The notes beneath the pieces were generated by a model. The model had not been told where the DNA came from and searched no databases. It saw only the letters and a list, made by a program, of their open reading frames with translations. Of a stretch of DNA of 64,000 bases, positions 60,831 to 64,000 are shown piece by piece (within the stretch, counting starts at the first letter, position 1; every line of letters begins with the position of its first letter). A program made the translations under genes and the position numbers. The stretch is from NCBI GenBank assembly GCA_963701095.1, contig OY969564.1, forward strand, positions 1,152,001-1,216,000, given 5' to 3'. The DNA is from an uncultured Methanoregulaceae archaeon. GTDB lineage: Archaea > Halobacteriota > Methanomicrobia > Methanomicrobiales > Methanospirillaceae.

Positions 60831-63800
60831 ATGATATCCGTTCCAATTACTGAAAAAATACAACATGCATTGATAATGAAGAACTGGGAGGAGATAGATT
60901 CAATTCTCATAGACTCCTCGCGATTTAAGGAGAAAAAGGATCGGGCGCTGATGCAACGGACCGTAAATTCGGTCATATTGGAATACTCATTTCGTGAAGA
61001 TTCGCCAGAATTACTTTTAGCCATTCGGACAATTCCTCATGAAGGTGCTGAAGATCTTTTCTCTCTTATTTTAAAACATTATATTGAGACAGGAAATAAA
61101 AAATGGTTTGATATTCTCTTTTCCGTATCAGAAAATCTGGGAAAAAAAAGTTCGCAATCAAAGATTGTGGCTTTTATTGTCCAAGAACTTATTTCATCCG
61201 GTATTGCTGAGTCGAAACCTGCCTATATCGAACTTGGTTTATCTGTTTTGAATAAAATCACCTTCAGAAAGTACCGATCAGATTGTATTATTGAATCTGC
61301 TTTCAGGATCACAAAATGGACTGTCATTAGTGGTAATATTATCCTTCTTTATCAGATCCGAGACCTTATATCAGGAATTAACGATATATCAAAACGAGCA
61401 GCGCTCCACACTGAAATAGCAAAGGCCCTTGCAATCATTGCAATTAAAAAAGGAGATTTCGAGATTTTTCTCGAAAGCATTCAATTTACAACTGAAATTC
61501 ACCAGAAACTCCGTAGAAGAGAATGCATTAAACAAATAATAATAATGGGCGTCAGGTCATCATTTGGAAAAGACCTATTGGATATTCGTGCCTTAATCTC
61601 ACATTTTGAAGGACTCCCAAAAGAGATTCAGGGAGAATTGATCTATACCCTGACGGAACAATTTCTTGATCGTGTAAAAAATAAAAATCAAATTAGGGAG
61701 AATTTTAATTATCTTGGAAAAAAATTTCCTTTCGCATGTAAACTTCTTATACAGAATCTTCTAAAAAAAGCAGAACGATCTGGAGAATTATGGTACCTCA
61801 CAACAGCCATTGGATTCCTTGATGAATTCCACATAAAAGAACAATACTCGGTCCGGGATATTGTTCGGGCGGGTATTGCCGTAGCCGGACACACCGGCTC
61901 AGCTCAGGGTACTCATTAATTTGATTCAGTTCATACAAAACTCATGCGATAATAATGAGTCTACAGCTATCTTTTTACAATTTTCTCAAATTATGCTGAC
62001 ATTAGGAGATTTTGAACGTGCCACCCAATTATTTTCACAAATTATACCACCAGCAGATAATGCGTCCCAGTATTGTGCCTGCCTTGCAAAATTAATAGAA
62101 GAAGGAATATTACACGATCAAAATTCTTTAAAATTCAAAGAAATTCTCGGAAAAAACGAACCCAATATGACTACAAATGCAATAAATCTTGCATTTCGTC
62201 AAATAGGACATATAGAACCGTTTGAAAGAATTGTGAAACATAGTAATTCCTTAAAACACATCCTGACCCTCCAAACCGGGAATGACACTATTATTTTGGA
62301 TTTTATTATTACTCTCACAAATCGGGGATTTCTCGATTTCTGCGATTCCGTATTTCTTGTGGATTTCGCAAAATTGATTCAGGTCCCGGCCTTTAGGGAG
62401 CAGGCAATTTCAACTGTAGTAATGAAACTTGCTGAAATAGGGGTGAAAACCGGGAACCGCGATTATCTTCAGCAAGCGGTAGGTACTACATGTCTGATTG
62501 CGGGACAGGAAATACGATCTTCGACACTGAGCAGTATTATTGACGATGCGGCCCTTCTTGCCGCAACCCAGGGTGACTTGGATCTCCTTTTGCGCATGCG
62601 AATTTGGAGCAGTTCATTTTTGGACCCGGATCTCATTGCATATGCAATTAAAAATATAATAGAGGGTGTAATAAAATATGCTTCTAGTAAACGGGATCCT
62701 GATGCCCTTGATGAGGCTTATCGAATCGCTCAAGATATAGAAGATCCCTCTTTAAGATTGCAGGTATGTGAGCGGATTGCGGAATCATTTGTCCGGATAG
62801 GTTGTGATCTCATACAGGAATCCAATTCGGCACAAAAAGGCCCCGTTAATCTAAACGTTTTATTAAAACCTTTTGAAAAAAGTCTGAGTTTACTAAGAGA
62901 TGAAGTCAAAAAACCCCAGATTTCTCTTAAAATTGCCGGAATGATTGATATCATCCTTTTTTCCTCAAAAAAGAGCCACGGAACGGATTACGTCCTTCCC
63001 TTAGCATTGTATTCTATTGAGATAGAAGATCCTTTGGAACGAAATGCAATGATGTTGAGGATCGTTGCCAAACTTAATGAAGAAATCATTTATCCGGACT
63101 CGGCTGATCCTTATGAAGTTCTTGCTTACATTTTGCAGAATCATTATCATATGCAATCAACTCCCGAAATAATCGATCTAATCCATCATCTCCTCGATCT
63201 GACACACGATCCTTTTATCCGGCTCAGAGGGTTATGTTCGCTGGCAGATGCAGCCGTTAATATAAGCGATGAAAACCTTGCCAGAAAAATTCTTGACGAA
63301 GTTCATCTGTTGGTACCAAATCTGCCGGCAGAATACCAGAAAATTCTGATCTTGGCGGATTTGACATCAGGGTACAGTAATATTGATCCGGAAAAAGCAA
63401 GACTCTGTTTAAATGAGGGATTAAATAAACTGCAATTTGTTGAGCCTGATCAGAATACAGTTGTTCGTCGTCAGATCGTATCAGTTGTTGTTAGGATGAC
63501 CACGCTTCTTCCTGAGAAAATAAGAATGGATCTGATATTAGAAGTGATATCAAACGTATCCGATCCTATTGAATATGTCAATGCACTTATTTCAGCATAC
63601 AGCCTTGAACATGGAACCGGAGATAAAAATACTATCCGCCATATCTCAGAAGCGATCGAGAAAATTCAGCTCACCCTATGATAAGTCAAGGCTTATTTTA
63701 AAAATAGTGCCCATGGCATTTCAGAATGGAGAGGAAGAATTTGCACTTGAATTGTTGGGAAAAGCAGAGAAACTGGCAAAGGCCATAAATATCCAGCATA

Positions 63801-64000
63801 TTGCGGACTCCGTACATGACGAAATTGCAAGAATTTTGGCAGATTTCTCTAAGCGACAGGGAGATCCGCAATACATGAAAAAATCAGCAAATATTCTTGC
63901 ACATATTGAAGATGACAATTTGCGTCAGTATCGTTTATCCCAGATAGGTTACGAGGATGTACCCGAAAAAAGCATACCTTATACGAAAATTATGACATCG
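60831..64000 (+). CDS. Large (>1000 aa) alpha-helical repeat protein; frameshifts at about 61908 and 63669; runs off window
   Basis: Consecutive ORFs 60831-61919 and 61921-63681 plus a continuing frame; repeated 'A..I.D...R...I' helical units. Confidence 0.7.

Noticed and set aside
9056..63681. Mass pseudogenisation or programmed frameshifting
   Set aside because: The indels hit essential genes, the flanking sequence is otherwise intact, and no slippery heptamers were seen. Sequencing error is the simpler explanation.

Overview
A 64 kb chromosomal window from a methanogenic archaeon, inferred to be Methanomicrobiales (Methanoregula-like). The assignment rests on bifunctional fae-hps, gatDE, archaeal uL16/L10e, an intron-containing tRNA-Trp, an A1-U72 tRNA-Gln and PEGA/PAS-kinase proteins typical of that order. 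Contents: PAS/receiver histidine kinases, transporters (ABC, MFS, two DUF47-PiT pairs, a K+ channel), MTA/NAD salvage genes, nth, pyrH, gatDE-argH, a fum-kor-suc partial TCA operon and four tRNAs. From about 53.7 kb the sequence becomes AT-rich; this part is built around xerA. About 16 single-base frame disruptions hit 14 genes, several of them essential, and look like long-read errors concentrated at CCGG and AGCT. Most notable: (1) a pore-less S1-S4 voltage-sensor domain fused to a CorA-family channel with GAN in place of GMN; (2) xerA flanked by three 11-6-11 dif-like sites, followed by a ~142-bp tandem repeat with a recurring TYAYGTCT motif, an excisionase-type HTH gene and a DUF5806-like gene, which together form a candidate terminus/dimer-resolution module; (3) a circularly permuted SsuA/NMT1-type binding protein; (4) a CHASE4 kinase lacking its phospho-His; (5) two apparent ATA start codons. 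All family assignments come from motif recognition by eye; no database searches were run.
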